Assembly (NCBI GenBank): GCA_002897775.1 | Contig: BDTR01000053.1 | Location: 90,160-154,159, forward strand | DNA: 64,000 bases | From: a bacterium BMS3Bbin08 | Lineage (GTDB): Bacteria; Nitrospirota; Thermodesulfovibrionia; UBA6902; BMS3Bbin08 | Reading direction: 5' to 3' | The notes under the pieces: generated by a model | The model's input: only the letters and a program-made list of their open reading frames with translations | What the model was told of the DNA's origin: nothing | Databases searched by the model: none | Shown: positions 1 through 10,547 of the stretch, piece after piece | Layout: every line of letters begins with the position of its first letter | Position numbering within the stretch: position 1 is the first letter of the stretch | Translations under genes and position numbers: made by a program

Positions 1-741
1 CAGATACCTGATCAGTCTGAAATCTATGCGCTGGTGCAGGTTGCCGACCATTCCTATTATTGGATGCGGGATAGCGGTCATATCAGGGTGAACAGCGGTT
101 GATTCGTCAGACGTCCTCCCGAATAATTCTACATCAGCCGCGTTAGGGACCATATACGTGTTATTATTGACCTTTGATTTGCTCTCGTACAGCTTATTAG
201 AGACGGTCAGTACGAGATCAACATTCTCAAGGATGTGTTTTTCCCTTAACCTGTTTTTTTCGATATTCTTTATAATGGGATTGCCCGGTATTGCGAAGTA
301 ATCGTCAAAACAATCGTATACGCGCTTCTTTTCATTGATAATTCCGAGATAACTTTCATGGATCGGGTCTGATATCCACAAAACCAGCCTGTCTTTTCTT
401 AACCCATGTTCGCCAATTTTCTTCATGATCTGGTAAGAGAGTATTTTTCTGTTCAACTCCACTGCCCCCGGTACATAAGGGGCGAGATTATCATTTAAAA
501 AAAGAACAGGCTGATAGACAAACAGGTTCGGAAGCAGCCTGGTCACCCTCTGTTCTTTTTTGAACCAGGCAAAGACCTTCCTTCTGTTCAGGAAAGAGGT
601 CGTAAAAAAACATATTGGCCGCTGTACGCACAGGATCCTGCAGTTCGCGTTGGTCTTTGCCATTGATATGAACAGGTACCTCCTGAAAAAGCCGGTCCAG
701 TCATTCGCAAGAAATACCACAAGGTCAGAGCCGTTGATCAT
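1..741 (-). CDS. Glycosyltransferase (GT4/TuaH-like), truncated at the left window edge
   Basis: Not in the ORF track. ATG at 741 overlaps the upstream stop (ATGA). Translates as MINGSDLVVFLANDWTGFFRR...LVLWISDP...VYDCFDDY, similar to the N-half of 2180..3403. Confidence 0.8.
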   Translation of the reverse strand, partial: MINGSDLVVFLANDWTGFFRRYLFISMAKTNANCRILCVQRPICFFTTSFLNRRKVFAWFKKEQRVTRLLPNLFVYQPVLFLNDNLAPYVPGAVELNRKILSYQIMKKIGEHGLRKDRLVLWISDPIHESYLGIINEKKRVYDCFDDYFAIPGNPIIKNIEKNRLREKHILENVDLVLTVSNKLYESKSKVNNNTYMVPNAADVELFGRTSDESTAVHPDMTAIPHPIIGMVGNLHQRIDFRLIRYL

Positions 742-2183
742 ACAGAATCCGGTCTCTCTCTCAGGTCCGGTCCTTTTCTCGCGCGGACCAGGGCTTTCAG
801 ACCTCTTTTCAGCCTGGTTAACACTGCAAAAAGACCATTAACTCTAAATTCCAGAAATAGCATCCTGATAATATATACGGTGTTCCTTTTATAATAGGAA
901 GTGAAAATTTCGTTTTCCGCGTTTCGCTTTAACTCGATCAGTTTTTCATCCGACAGGTTCGTAAAGTTCACCAATACCTCATCCAGCCAAGAACCCCAGT
1001 TTTCGACAAAGTTTTCGGCTGTCGCATTTACCGATCTCATATTAACCGCGTCCTGAAAGAGTTTTGATCCGGGGATCGGCGCCAAGATCGTAAACTCTGC
1101 CTGCAGGCCCGCCCGCTTACAGAACTTAATACTGTCCCTGACAGTATCAACCGTATCTCCGGGTATTCCTATCATCATAAAACCGTGGGTCATTATCCCG
1201 GCTTTTTTGGTCATATCAATGACCCTGTAAGCATCTTTGATGGTAATATCCTTTTTTATCCTGTCAAGCTGTGCCTGATTCCCTGATTCAATGCCGTAGG
1301 ATATCTCCACACAGCCGGCCTTCTTCATCCTGTCGATCAGTTCTTTATCGACCAGGTTTATTCTGGCGTTGCAGGTCCAGTAAACCTTTAGTTTCTTTTT
1401 AATTATAAGCTCGCACAATCTGTAAACCCTTTTTCTGTTCAGAACGAACGTATCATCTTCAAATACAAAACCCCTGACCCTGTATTTTTTGTACAAAAAC
1501 TCCATCTCCAGAAAAATATTCTCAGCGGTGCGCGACCTGTAACGGTGTCCGAAGATCCCGTGAAAGCAGAAAGTGCATCGATAAGGACATCCCCTGCTTG
1601 TAACAAGACTGATCCTCCTTTCCGGCATACACATGGCGTTTTTATTAAAGTAACGCTCCATGGGGAAAAGGTCCCATGCCGGGAACGGCAATGACGAAAT
1701 GTCCTCTATCGGTTTTCTCTGCCCGGTACTGAAGATCTCATTGTCTTTCCTGTAAGAAATTCCGTCCACGTCTTCCAACGGCCTTTTACCCGCAAGCGCC
1801 TGAAACAGTTCAACAACAGTCCCCTCGCCTTCCCCTATAACAGCTATATCCACATATGTTTTCATCAGGACAACCTCAGGCGCCGCGCTTGCGAGCCCGC
1901 CTCCAAGAACGATCTTCACCCCGGATGTTTTTCTTACTATAGAGGTAATCCTTTGTATCTGCCTGAACTGAGTGATCAACCCTGTTAAACCAACAGCATC
2001 GAACTCATTGTCTTTTATAAGCTCTTCCAGAAGCGTATATGACAATTTTAACGCGTTTACATCGATCACCCGGACGTCATGCCCGTCATTGCGGAGCACT
2101 GAAGCGATATAGCTCAGTCCCAGCGGCAGTCTTGTTTCCGACTGGACACCGGTCAAAGGCGGGTTTATCAGTAATATTTTCAT
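738..2183 (-). CDS. B12-binding-domain radical SAM protein
   Basis: N-terminal MKILLINPP...PLGLSYIAS cobalamin-binding domain; SRGCPYRCTFC (CxxxCxxC); GIESG motif. Confidence 0.92.
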   Translation of the reverse strand: MKILLINPPLTGVQSETRLPLGLSYIASVLRNDGHDVRVIDVNALKLSYTLLEELIKDNEFDAVGLTGLITQFRQIQRITSIVRKTSGVKIVLGGGLASAAPEVVLMKTYVDIAVIGEGEGTVVELFQALAGKRPLEDVDGISYRKDNEIFSTGQRKPIEDISSLPFPAWDLFPMERYFNKNAMCMPERRISLVTSRGCPYRCTFCFHGIFGHRYRSRTAENIFLEMEFLYKKYRVRGFVFEDDTFVLNRKRVYRLCELIIKKKLKVYWTCNARINLVDKELIDRMKKAGCVEISYGIESGNQAQLDRIKKDITIKDAYRVIDMTKKAGIMTHGFMMIGIPGDTVDTVRDSIKFCKRAGLQAEFTILAPIPGSKLFQDAVNMRSVNATAENFVENWGSWLDEVLVNFTNLSDEKLIELKRNAENEIFTSYYKRNTVYIIRMLFLEFRVNGLFAVLTRLKRGLKALVRARKGPDLRERPDSV

Positions 2184-3403
2184 TTCACACTGCCCCTGAG
2201 TCTTTCAAACATCAGGCTGTGAATACGTTCGGCCCGTTCCTGCCACGTATGTTTTTTAATAATGCTGTACTGGGCAGTTTCTCTTTTTTGGCGGTCGTCT
2301 TTTTTCTCGCTTAACGCCAGGCTTACTTTTTGAACAAAATCCTCCCTGTCCCTGCCGATAGAAATAATACCCTGGAAATTCTCCACACCGCCTATCCCGG
2401 TTGAGACCACCGGTTTACCGGACGCGATAAAGTTGTATATTTTCAGAGAGTCCGCTGAGATCGCCCACGGCGACACCACATATGGAATAATAGCCACGTC
2501 ACTGCACTTAAGGTATGCTATGGATTCTTCAAAGGATCTGACCCCCGGCAGGTGAACGCAGTCTATTGCCCTTAGTGCCCTTTTCACCTCTGTACCGTGC
2601 ACAGGGCCAACCATGATCACAGACCATTCAGGATGGATCCTGTCGATCAGTCGCAGCAGTTCCAGGTCGATCGTTGTGGAGATATTCCCTATGTATACAA
2701 GCCTTGGACGGGATATCTGTTTCAGGTCACGGGGCTCATCAGCCGGCTCGCCGTTTCCTCTCAGCAGGTCAGCGTGTACTCCGTTAGGCACGCGGTAAAT
2801 GTTCGGATTGAACGGATACCGGTCCTCAAAAAGTTTTTTTGAGGAAACAAACATAATATCGGCATGTTCTGTCAGGTACAGATCATTATTCCTTACCTCT
2901 TTCGCAAAAACACCGGAGTCGTCCTTCTCTTTTGTATTATAGTCATCGCACAGGTCATAGCAGAACAGGTCACTCTTGACACTCCCTGCTATCTCCGCGG
3001 AAAAATACGGATGGTTGATCCACAGGATCATGTCTTTTACCTTCAACTTTCTTTTAAGGTAGCCTATGACATACAGCTGGAACCTGTTAAGACAGAACCT
3101 GTTCAGCTTCAGCAGCGGCCTGATCGAAAGGAAAGGGAACGGCACAACAGGAGTAATAATAAAGATGTTACCCTCCCTGCTGATAATGCCTTTTTTTAAA
3201 ACACGCTGCCACCGCTCCTTATCTCTCCTGTTCATCCTGCCCATGACAAAACGGATAAAAGAATATAAGGTCAACGGGGACTCAATAAAGAATATGTGAT
3301 CGATATCTTCAAACTTGATCAGTTCCGTAAAAAGACTGCGGTACCTGCGCATGAATATGTCCCATTCATTTGTTATAGCCGCGATCGTATAGCTCATGTC
3401 CAA
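2180..3403 (-). CDS. Glycosyltransferase, GT4/TuaH-like
   Basis: YDLCDDY, VPNGV, LKIYNFIASGKPVVST GT-B motifs. Confidence 0.88.
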   Translation of the reverse strand: MDMSYTIAAITNEWDIFMRRYRSLFTELIKFEDIDHIFFIESPLTLYSFIRFVMGRMNRRDKERWQRVLKKGIISREGNIFIITPVVPFPFLSIRPLLKLNRFCLNRFQLYVIGYLKRKLKVKDMILWINHPYFSAEIAGSVKSDLFCYDLCDDYNTKEKDDSGVFAKEVRNNDLYLTEHADIMFVSSKKLFEDRYPFNPNIYRVPNGVHADLLRGNGEPADEPRDLKQISRPRLVYIGNISTTIDLELLRLIDRIHPEWSVIMVGPVHGTEVKRALRAIDCVHLPGVRSFEESIAYLKCSDVAIIPYVVSPWAISADSLKIYNFIASGKPVVSTGIGGVENFQGIISIGRDREDFVQKVSLALSEKKDDRQKRETAQYSIIKKHTWQERAERIHSLMFERLRGSVK

Positions 3404-4605
3404 TGCTCCTCCTGCCTGAATATCCTGGAGATCTTCTGTATATGTTTTTTTGAGTCAAATGCCTTTTCCACTTTCTTCCTCGCGTTCCTGCCTAATTCAG
3501 CGCTCTTTGTCCTGTTACTTAACAGTTCTTCGATCGCGCCGGCGAGGGCCGCGGCATCCTTCTGTTTGACGAGTATCCCGTCATTGTCGTGTTCTATTAA
3601 TTCGGAAATATTCGGAACGTTACTTGAGATCACGGGAAGTCCAATGGCCATGGCCTCGGCCAGCACATTCGGAATACCGTCCCTGTCGCCTGATTCAGTT
3701 ATAATGCTCGGCAGGACGAATATCCTGCTTTCAGCATACACAGCAGGGAGCTCATCCCGGGGCCGCCTGCCTGAAAATTTTACGTAATTTTCAAGGCCAA
3801 GCTCCTTAACCATTTTGACAATGTTGTCTTTTTCAGGGCCTTCACCAAGCAGGAGACATTCCAGTTCAACGCCCATTTGCTTCAATATCGCGCATGCTTC
3901 AACAAGGTAGCGATGCCCCTTTTTTTTGACAAAATTGCCAACGCACAGGACATCGAAATCTTTCTCTGCCGTATCAGGCCGCGGGCTGAACGCATCAATG
4001 TCTACACCGTGGTACACTACCTGAACTTTTTCTCCCAACAACCTTCCGTAATTCCTGGTGATATATTTCTTATTGTTTTCTACGCACGTAAGAACGAATT
4101 CCGCTTCAGCAAGTTTTGCTTCAAGATTGTCCGGAAGCCAGTAAATGTCTGCCGCATGAACCGTAAAGCTAAAGGGGATCCCGGTGAGACACGATATTAT
4201 TCTCGCGGAATCTGTCGCGCTCCAGCCAAAGTGTGAATGAACGCGCCTGATCCCGAGTTTCGTGATAACCCTCGCAAAATAGGGTGATTTAACGAACACT
4301 CTTTTGCCCCCGTAAAACCTGTATTTAAGCAGGCACCTGAGATACTGAACGGGCCTGGACAATATGAAAAAAAGATGAGAAAGGACTATCCCGGGCAAGT
4401 TGGAGGGCTCCGCGTATATAGCGTCAAATTCAGGTCTGTCTTTGCCATTGGCCGGAATATAATTAATCGGGCAGGCGTAAATACTGAAGCCCATGTGCTT
4501 CAGTTCCGTCATTTCATTCAGAACGAACGACTGGACTTTGCCCGGGTAGTCCCCGAGAATATATGCTATTTTGTTGTTGTTCATGTCTTTTTCGTCAATT
4601 TTCAT
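3394..4605 (-). CDS. Glycosyltransferase family 4 (WcaL-like)
   Basis: VHSHF, SFTVHAADIY, GDRDGIPNVLAEAMAIGLPVIS. Confidence 0.92.
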   Translation of the reverse strand: MKIDEKDMNNNKIAYILGDYPGKVQSFVLNEMTELKHMGFSIYACPINYIPANGKDRPEFDAIYAEPSNLPGIVLSHLFFILSRPVQYLRCLLKYRFYGGKRVFVKSPYFARVITKLGIRRVHSHFGWSATDSARIISCLTGIPFSFTVHAADIYWLPDNLEAKLAEAEFVLTCVENNKKYITRNYGRLLGEKVQVVYHGVDIDAFSPRPDTAEKDFDVLCVGNFVKKKGHRYLVEACAILKQMGVELECLLLGEGPEKDNIVKMVKELGLENYVKFSGRRPRDELPAVYAESRIFVLPSIITESGDRDGIPNVLAEAMAIGLPVISSNVPNISELIEHDNDGILVKQKDAAALAGAIEELLSNRTKSAELGRNARKKVEKAFDSKKHIQKISRIFRQEEHWT

Positions 4606-5542
4606 ATGACCGGATCACTACGCGGTCTGCAAGATTTCTGTCGGATTTTCTTCCCAGAAAATAGTATGCCGCGGCATTATCCAGGGTCTTCGGTTTATTT
4701 ATCGTGAGATAGTCGAAATACTTCAGCCAGAACGCGGTAAGCCTCGCAAACACCCTTGCCGTGATCTGCAGTGTCGAAGATCCTGACAGACTCTCAAGAA
4801 ATCGTTCATACGACCAGGCCAATGCCATGCCCGTGCCGCATACTGCTCCGCTTTCAATTTTTTGAAACTGTCTAAACAGAAGGCGGTGTCCGAGGTGTGT
4901 AAACCTGGTGAAATCAAAGCTGCCGCCATGCACCTGCTGCATAAATGCTGTCTCTGAATAAACAAATCCATTGTCTTTAAGAACTCTGTGAATTTCCTTT
5001 ACGCAGAGAGCCGGGTCAACTACATGCTCAAGTACCGCCTGAATTACTACGCCGTCAAATGTATTATCTTTAAACGGGATACAGTGCGCGTCAACTATTG
5101 CAGCAGTTCGAGGACCAAAAAAAACGTCAGTTTCGAGCAATTCAATTTTAGGGTCAAAAAGCATTTCTATCCCGTTTCCGGGTATTCCGCCGCCTAATAC
5201 AAGAACCCTGGGATTTTTTGAATCATTGAGCAGAAGTCCAGTGAGTTTAGAGTAATTTCTCTTTGCTTTTATATTTGCGCTTATTTTAGGCATAAGTTTG
5301 AAGACTGTCCTGACAAAACTGTTTCGTTTATGATATGTGTCACACATATTTATAAAATCATCTTTTAAAAACACGCTCTTCTTCTCATCAAGCAGAACCG
5401 GTACATTATTAATCACGGGGAAAACAGCTTTGCACTCCGGATTCAGGCACTTCAGCCCGTTATTGAGTTCCAGGTCGCTTCTGCAGGCGGGGCAACAGAT
5501 TGACTCAAGCGCCCATTCAGGTAATTTCGAACAGATCCGCAT
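4595..5542 (-). CDS. Class I SAM methyltransferase with N-terminal Trm112-like Zn finger
   Basis: CCPAC...CLNPEC N-terminus; VLVLGGG motif I; IPFKDNTFDGV, VLEHV, EIHRVLK. Confidence 0.85.
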   Translation of the reverse strand: MRICSKLPEWALESICCPACRSDLELNNGLKCLNPECKAVFPVINNVPVLLDEKKSVFLKDDFINMCDTYHKRNSFVRTVFKLMPKISANIKAKRNYSKLTGLLLNDSKNPRVLVLGGGIPGNGIEMLFDPKIELLETDVFFGPRTAAIVDAHCIPFKDNTFDGVVIQAVLEHVVDPALCVKEIHRVLKDNGFVYSETAFMQQVHGGSFDFTRFTHLGHRLLFRQFQKIESGAVCGTGMALAWSYERFLESLSGSSTLQITARVFARLTAFWLKYFDYLTINKPKTLDNAAAYYFLGRKSDRNLADRVVIRSYEN

Positions 5543-6704
5543 ACCGGTAATTTCTGTTTCGGCACTTTCTCTTCAGTAACGAAACATACAAATCCTCTAA
5601 TGTTTTTGTATATATATCACCCGTGAACCCGGACATGACCGTTTCTCTGCCTTTTTCCCCCATCTCACGCGCCATGGCCGGATCGTCAATGAGTTTGATT
5701 ATTGAATCCGCGAGCGCGTCCGGTTCCTTAGGCGGGACAAGGAACCCGGTCTCTCCGTGTCTTACTATTTCAGGTATACCCCCGACATTGGTAGCAACTA
5801 CCGGAAGGCCTGAATACATTGCTTCCAGGATGCTCACTCCCAGCGGCTCGGAAACAGAGGGCTGGACCAGAATATCCATGCCTGCCAGAAGTTCGGGTAT
5901 ATCGTCCCTCACTCCAAGGAAAGACACGCTTCCATCCAGGCCTAATTGTGCTGAAAGATCTCTGAGGCGGCCCTCGTCCTCGCCGGAACCGATAACCAGT
6001 AATCCTGCTTCAGGATATCGCTCAATAATTTTCCGCATGGCAAGGAGCAGACAGCTTTGTCCTTTTTGCCTGTCCGACAATCTGGCCACAACCCCGATCA
6101 CAATGTTATTTTTTGAAAGTTTTTCGCTGCGGTCCTGACTCCGTCTCTTATTACTGGAAGAAAACCTTTTTGTGTCAAGCCCGTTATGGATAAGAAAACT
6201 GTTCTTCATCTTTATTCTTTTCCCTTCAAACTCCTTTTTCTGAGCTTCCGAGATAAAAATAATACCGTCGCTAAGCCTGTCCAGTATCTTATTGAAACAG
6301 AGATATTCCGCCGCTTTGAAATAAAACGGTTTGTTTTTGAAACTGTTGACGTCGCCGTGTTCCGTCTTGCAGATAACGGGCACACCATATAATAATGAAA
6401 CCAAACGTCCCCAGAAATCAGCCTTATACAGATGGGTATGTACAATATCTATCTGTTCGTGTCTCAGAAGCTCTACCAGCCTGCGTATTTTTCTGTATGA
6501 ATGTCTGACCCTGGTCGTTCCCAGGCAGACCAGTTTGATTCCTCCCTGCCTGATCTTTTCTGCTATCTGTCCCTCTTTATCAAGACAGCAAACTATCAGA
6601 TTGAACCTGTTCCTGTCAGTATTTCTGACGATCGTAAGTAACAGATTTTCCGCGCCGCCGACAGGCAGCCTGCCGATAATGTGCATTACTTTAATTTTTT
6701 TCAT
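5517..6704 (-). CDS. Glycosyltransferase family 4
   Basis: GGAE motif, IVHTH, EPLGVSILEAMYSGLPVVATNVGGIPE. Confidence 0.93.
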   Translation of the reverse strand: MKKIKVMHIIGRLPVGGAENLLLTIVRNTDRNRFNLIVCCLDKEGQIAEKIRQGGIKLVCLGTTRVRHSYRKIRRLVELLRHEQIDIVHTHLYKADFWGRLVSLLYGVPVICKTEHGDVNSFKNKPFYFKAAEYLCFNKILDRLSDGIIFISEAQKKEFEGKRIKMKNSFLIHNGLDTKRFSSSNKRRSQDRSEKLSKNNIVIGVVARLSDRQKGQSCLLLAMRKIIERYPEAGLLVIGSGEDEGRLRDLSAQLGLDGSVSFLGVRDDIPELLAGMDILVQPSVSEPLGVSILEAMYSGLPVVATNVGGIPEIVRHGETGFLVPPKEPDALADSIIKLIDDPAMAREMGEKGRETVMSGFTGDIYTKTLEDLYVSLLKRKCRNRNYRYADLFEIT

Positions 6705-6759
6705 TTTTGAAATTTACCTGTTCCGGAAAGATATAAAGAAATGCTCTGCCAATAAACGG

Positions 6760-8190
6760 TTAGCTTCCTGCCGTAACTTCTGACCTTGTAAACCTTCTCT
6801 TGCCTGAAGGGGTCGGTTGAATATTCTCAACAAAATGAACTTCTATATTCATATTTCCGAGATACCTGCGGCATAGACTTATTAGTTCGCTGATTTCCTG
6901 TTGACCCGGCCTGGTATCACACACCAGATACCAGTGAATACCATTTCTATCTTTTTGTACCGCCTCAAAATTCCTCACTCCAAACTGCTCAAGCCAACCC
7001 ATTTCCTCCAGTAAATGCGTAAAGAACTCTCCGTGAACAACATTGCCATTCGCACCGCGTATCATGTCTGTTATCCTTCCTTCAGCGTAATCCATAAGCG
7101 GAAGGCCGCGGCCGCAGCCGCATATTTCTTTTTTCAGTCTCCCGACATCTCCGTTGACATACCTGATAAAAGGCATCACATAGTTATCCAGATCAGTAAT
7201 AGCGATCCTGCCCCGCTCTCCTGCCGGCATTGTCTCGTCTTTGTGTTCATCCAGAATTTCCACTACGCAGTGTTCAGCGGTTATATGCATGCCTTTATGC
7301 TCTTTGCATTCGTACGCGACACCCAGACATTCTCCGCACGCGTACTGGTCAAAAACATCGCTCGAGAACTGTTTTTGCAGAAGCTTCCTGTCGCTTGAAT
7401 GAAGCATCTCGGCTGTTGTTGTTATTGCCTTTGGTCTTATTCCGTTGATATTGTTTTTTCTGCAGTAGTCGGCAAGACTTGTCACGGCGCTGACATAGCC
7501 TCTTAAAATATGCGGTTTATAACGGCTTAACTCGGCAGCATATTCACCGAGCTTTTCTTCATCCATGTTAAATGCGTCAAAATATCTGCGGTTGGGCACG
7601 TATCTTCCGTATAACCAGTCAGCCGCCCTCTGATGGATCGGCGCTTTCCTGCCGTCCGTGATTATGGGAAAACCCCACACACGGGCCTCTTTATCTCCCC
7701 ATTCATAGCCTATCCATTGATAAAACCTCAAAAACGAAGCCCAGGCAATATCAAACGACCTATAGTCCCCGCAAAAGACCAGAGGTTCGCCGGTCGAGGC
7801 GCCTGTGCGGCGAACATTGTCTTCAGTTACCTCCGCGCCTCCGGCCAGCATCCTGTCCGGGAAATTTTTTCTGATCACGTATTTTGTAAGTACCGGGATT
7901 TTATGGAGGTCTTCAGCTGTCCTTATATCACCCGGCGCCAGGTTGTTCCTGGCAAAGAGTTCCCTGTAATAGGGTATGTTTTCATAGACATGCCGTATAA
8001 GCCTTTTCAGTTTATCGTTCTGAAAGACCTCCAGCTCCTCCGGAGTCCACCACTGCGAACGTTCCAGAAAAACAAGGTGATCATATACTGTCCTGCCGTA
8101 TGTCCGGCAAACGCGTACTTTTCTGTCTATAAGAGGATTTGTCAGGTTCAGATAAAATTTAAGTTTTTGAAATTTATTGGCAGGTATCAT
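6760..8190 (-). CDS. Phenylacetate-CoA ligase family / CapK-like adenylate-forming enzyme
   Basis: RTGASTGEP P-loop, DQYACGE, MPFIRYVNGD, EGRITD, TPSGKRRF. Confidence 0.88.
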   Translation of the reverse strand: MIPANKFQKLKFYLNLTNPLIDRKVRVCRTYGRTVYDHLVFLERSQWWTPEELEVFQNDKLKRLIRHVYENIPYYRELFARNNLAPGDIRTAEDLHKIPVLTKYVIRKNFPDRMLAGGAEVTEDNVRRTGASTGEPLVFCGDYRSFDIAWASFLRFYQWIGYEWGDKEARVWGFPIITDGRKAPIHQRAADWLYGRYVPNRRYFDAFNMDEEKLGEYAAELSRYKPHILRGYVSAVTSLADYCRKNNINGIRPKAITTTAEMLHSSDRKLLQKQFSSDVFDQYACGECLGVAYECKEHKGMHITAEHCVVEILDEHKDETMPAGERGRIAITDLDNYVMPFIRYVNGDVGRLKKEICGCGRGLPLMDYAEGRITDMIRGANGNVVHGEFFTHLLEEMGWLEQFGVRNFEAVQKDRNGIHWYLVCDTRPGQQEISELISLCRRYLGNMNIEVHFVENIQPTPSGKRRFTRSEVTAGS

Positions 8191-8217
8191 TGCCGCCTCC
8201 TGGGTTCAGGACCGTGA

Positions 8218-9300
8218 TCAGTTTTCCATTGCCTTTTCATATACCTTCAGGGTGTGCTTTATGGTATTGTCCCACGGGAACTCCCGTACTTTCTCATTTC
8301 CCTTTGAGACCAGTTCCTTCTTTAATCCCTCATCATTAACAAGTGTAAGTATGGAGTTTCCGAACTCATCGGCGTCTTCAGGGTCAATAAGTATCGCCGA
8401 ACCCGTGTAAAGCTCTTTTAACGACGTATTATCCGAAGCTATCACCGGACATCCGCAGGCCATTGCCTCCAGGGGCGGCATTCCAAACCCCTCGTACAAT
8501 GAGGGGAACACGAACACCGACGCGTAGCTCAGGTAATTTATCACTTCGCTGTCGTCAGGGCTTTCCCTGACAATGACCCTTGTCTTAAGGCCCAGTTCAT
8601 TTATCATCGCGAAGATGGAATCGGAGCTGTAGCCCCTTACGCCCGCCAGAAGCAGGTCATGCGGGATTTTGTCCTTGACAAGAGCGAACGCCCTCAGCAG
8701 ATAGTGCACTCCCTTTCTGGGAACAAGATTGCCGAGGTACATGATGTACTCGCAGTTGATCATCCTTTCATCTTCGGTTTTACCGAACCTTTCCGTATCT
8801 ACTCCGTGATAAACAACAAATATCCTGTTATCCGGAAACCCGAACCATTCGGAGATCTCTTTTTTCTGGAACCGGCTTACCGTTATTATCGCGTCGGTAT
8901 TTTTCAATATTTTTTGTATTCCACTCATTCTTTTTATTGTGTAATCCCTGTAAAACTGAGGCAGTCTGAAAGTGCCGATATCATGCAGGGTTATTATTTT
9001 TTTGGCCTTTGACCTGCCGGGCGCCATACCGTAGTTGGTCACGTCATGAAAAACATCAAAATCACCTGATCTGTAATTTATCAACCTGTCTCTTATATAT
9101 TTATTGATAAAGGGAAGACGCCCGACACGGTACGCCTTTTTTTTGATGTTCTTATATATCGAACTCTCGGGCAGGTCGGAATAAAGAAGCGTGACATCCA
9201 CACCTCTGTCAGCCAGGCCGGTAATAAGGCTGTAAGCGTATCTTCTTTGTCCGTTTATGTTGTCAGCGTCTATGATATCAGCCGGAAATGCTACTTTCAA
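8218..9300 (-). CDS. Glycosyltransferase family 4 (mannosyltransferase-like)
   Basis: [30 protein letters not shown]; TTG start. Confidence 0.93.
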   Translation of the reverse strand: MKVAFPADIIDADNINGQRRYAYSLITGLADRGVDVTLLYSDLPESSIYKNIKKKAYRVGRLPFINKYIRDRLINYRSGDFDVFHDVTNYGMAPGRSKAKKIITLHDIGTFRLPQFYRDYTIKRMSGIQKILKNTDAIITVSRFQKKEISEWFGFPDNRIFVVYHGVDTERFGKTEDERMINCEYIMYLGNLVPRKGVHYLLRAFALVKDKIPHDLLLAGVRGYSSDSIFAMINELGLKTRVIVRESPDDSEVINYLSYASVFVFPSLYEGFGMPPLEAMACGCPVIASDNTSLKELYTGSAILIDPEDADEFGNSILTLVNDEGLKKELVSKGNEKVREFPWDNTIKHTLKVYEKAMEN

Positions 9301-9306
9301 AACCTG

Positions 9307-10506
9307 TTAACTCCCTAAAATACCGACTAATTCTCTGTGTTTTATTTTTGGATCATGCTCAAGAAGGGTCTTGAAGCTGTTGCTGATCAGTTCTTCCTGC
9401 CGGCTGCTGTTATTCAGCAGGGATTCTATCGCGTTTGCCAGAGAGGCGGCGTTATTATCCGTAACAACTTCCGCGAAGTTTTTTTCCCTCGCGTATTCGG
9501 CAATAAAACAATCCCGCGGCGCGTGAACGATAACAGGTCTTCCTGAAGCCAGATAATCCATGGTCTTGGACGGAAAAGCGGCTTTAACAACTATTGAATC
9601 CGCGTTTTTAAAAGACAGGGGCAAAAAGAGGATATCAGCTTTTTTAAGCTCTGCTTCCAGTTTCCGGTGGTCTACATGTGAGATCATGATATCGTCACCC
9701 GTGAGACCGTAAAAGTCCAGTGTTGCCTTATTAACCGGAGTATATATAACCGGCTTTACGTTCAGGTTTATCAGTTTGACCGCCTCCTTCAGATGCAACA
9801 GCGCGTCCAGTTGATATTTTGAAATATTCCCCGAAAAAACTATCCTGAAGGTTTTGTTGACACCGCGGCTGACCGCCGGTCTTACTAACGCCGGACACCT
9901 CACTGAATGATGCAGCACCTTGCAGTCTACCGCGTATTTTTTCCTGTAATATTCCGCGAGGTGACTGTTCATTGTAATTATCCCTGACGCGTACCTGAAC
10001 ATCCGGGGTTCGAAATATTTAAGCAGCATTTTGTGCATCCTGCTTGAGGCGAACTCTTCAATCGGGTCAAACAGGTAAAAGAACAGGGGTTTCCTCAGTA
10101 TCTCGGCAATGAAAAAAGCCGCTATCATAAAGTGGCCGTGCGGTATATCAGAGGTCGCCAGAATATAATCGGGTTTTTCCCTTAAAGCAACTAACAGTCC
10201 TTTAATAGTTGTAAACGGAATAAAAGCAATTTCCAGGACCCTGACAATTCTTCTTGGAAAGCCGCTGTGACCGACGGCATAAGGTGAAGGCACGGAAACA
10301 GTATACCTTTTAACATCAACTTCATTACCCTTTTTACAGAATATATTTGTATGCCTGTTGAGCTTTCTTGTAAAAAGTACCAGTTCTTCCGGGCTGAATT
10401 CTCTCAGGATATTTCCCAGTATCACTGACGGCCCGTCCAGCATCGGCGGCGCCCAGTCCGAAACGAGCAGGATTTTACCTGTACTTTTTTCTGGATTTTT
10501 CTCCAT
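9307..10506 (-). CDS. Glycosyltransferase family 4-like
   Basis: ADILFLP...FPSKTMDYLASGRPVI. Confidence 0.85.
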   Translation of the reverse strand: MEKNPEKSTGKILLVSDWAPPMLDGPSVILGNILREFSPEELVLFTRKLNRHTNIFCKKGNEVDVKRYTVSVPSPYAVGHSGFPRRIVRVLEIAFIPFTTIKGLLVALREKPDYILATSDIPHGHFMIAAFFIAEILRKPLFFYLFDPIEEFASSRMHKMLLKYFEPRMFRYASGIITMNSHLAEYYRKKYAVDCKVLHHSVRCPALVRPAVSRGVNKTFRIVFSGNISKYQLDALLHLKEAVKLINLNVKPVIYTPVNKATLDFYGLTGDDIMISHVDHRKLEAELKKADILFLPLSFKNADSIVVKAAFPSKTMDYLASGRPVIVHAPRDCFIAEYAREKNFAEVVTDNNAASLANAIESLLNNSSRQEELISNSFKTLLEHDPKIKHRELVGILGS

Positions 10507-10547
10507 TGTTAACCGGAAGACCAGAGATGCGGGCGCCGTGCCGGTGG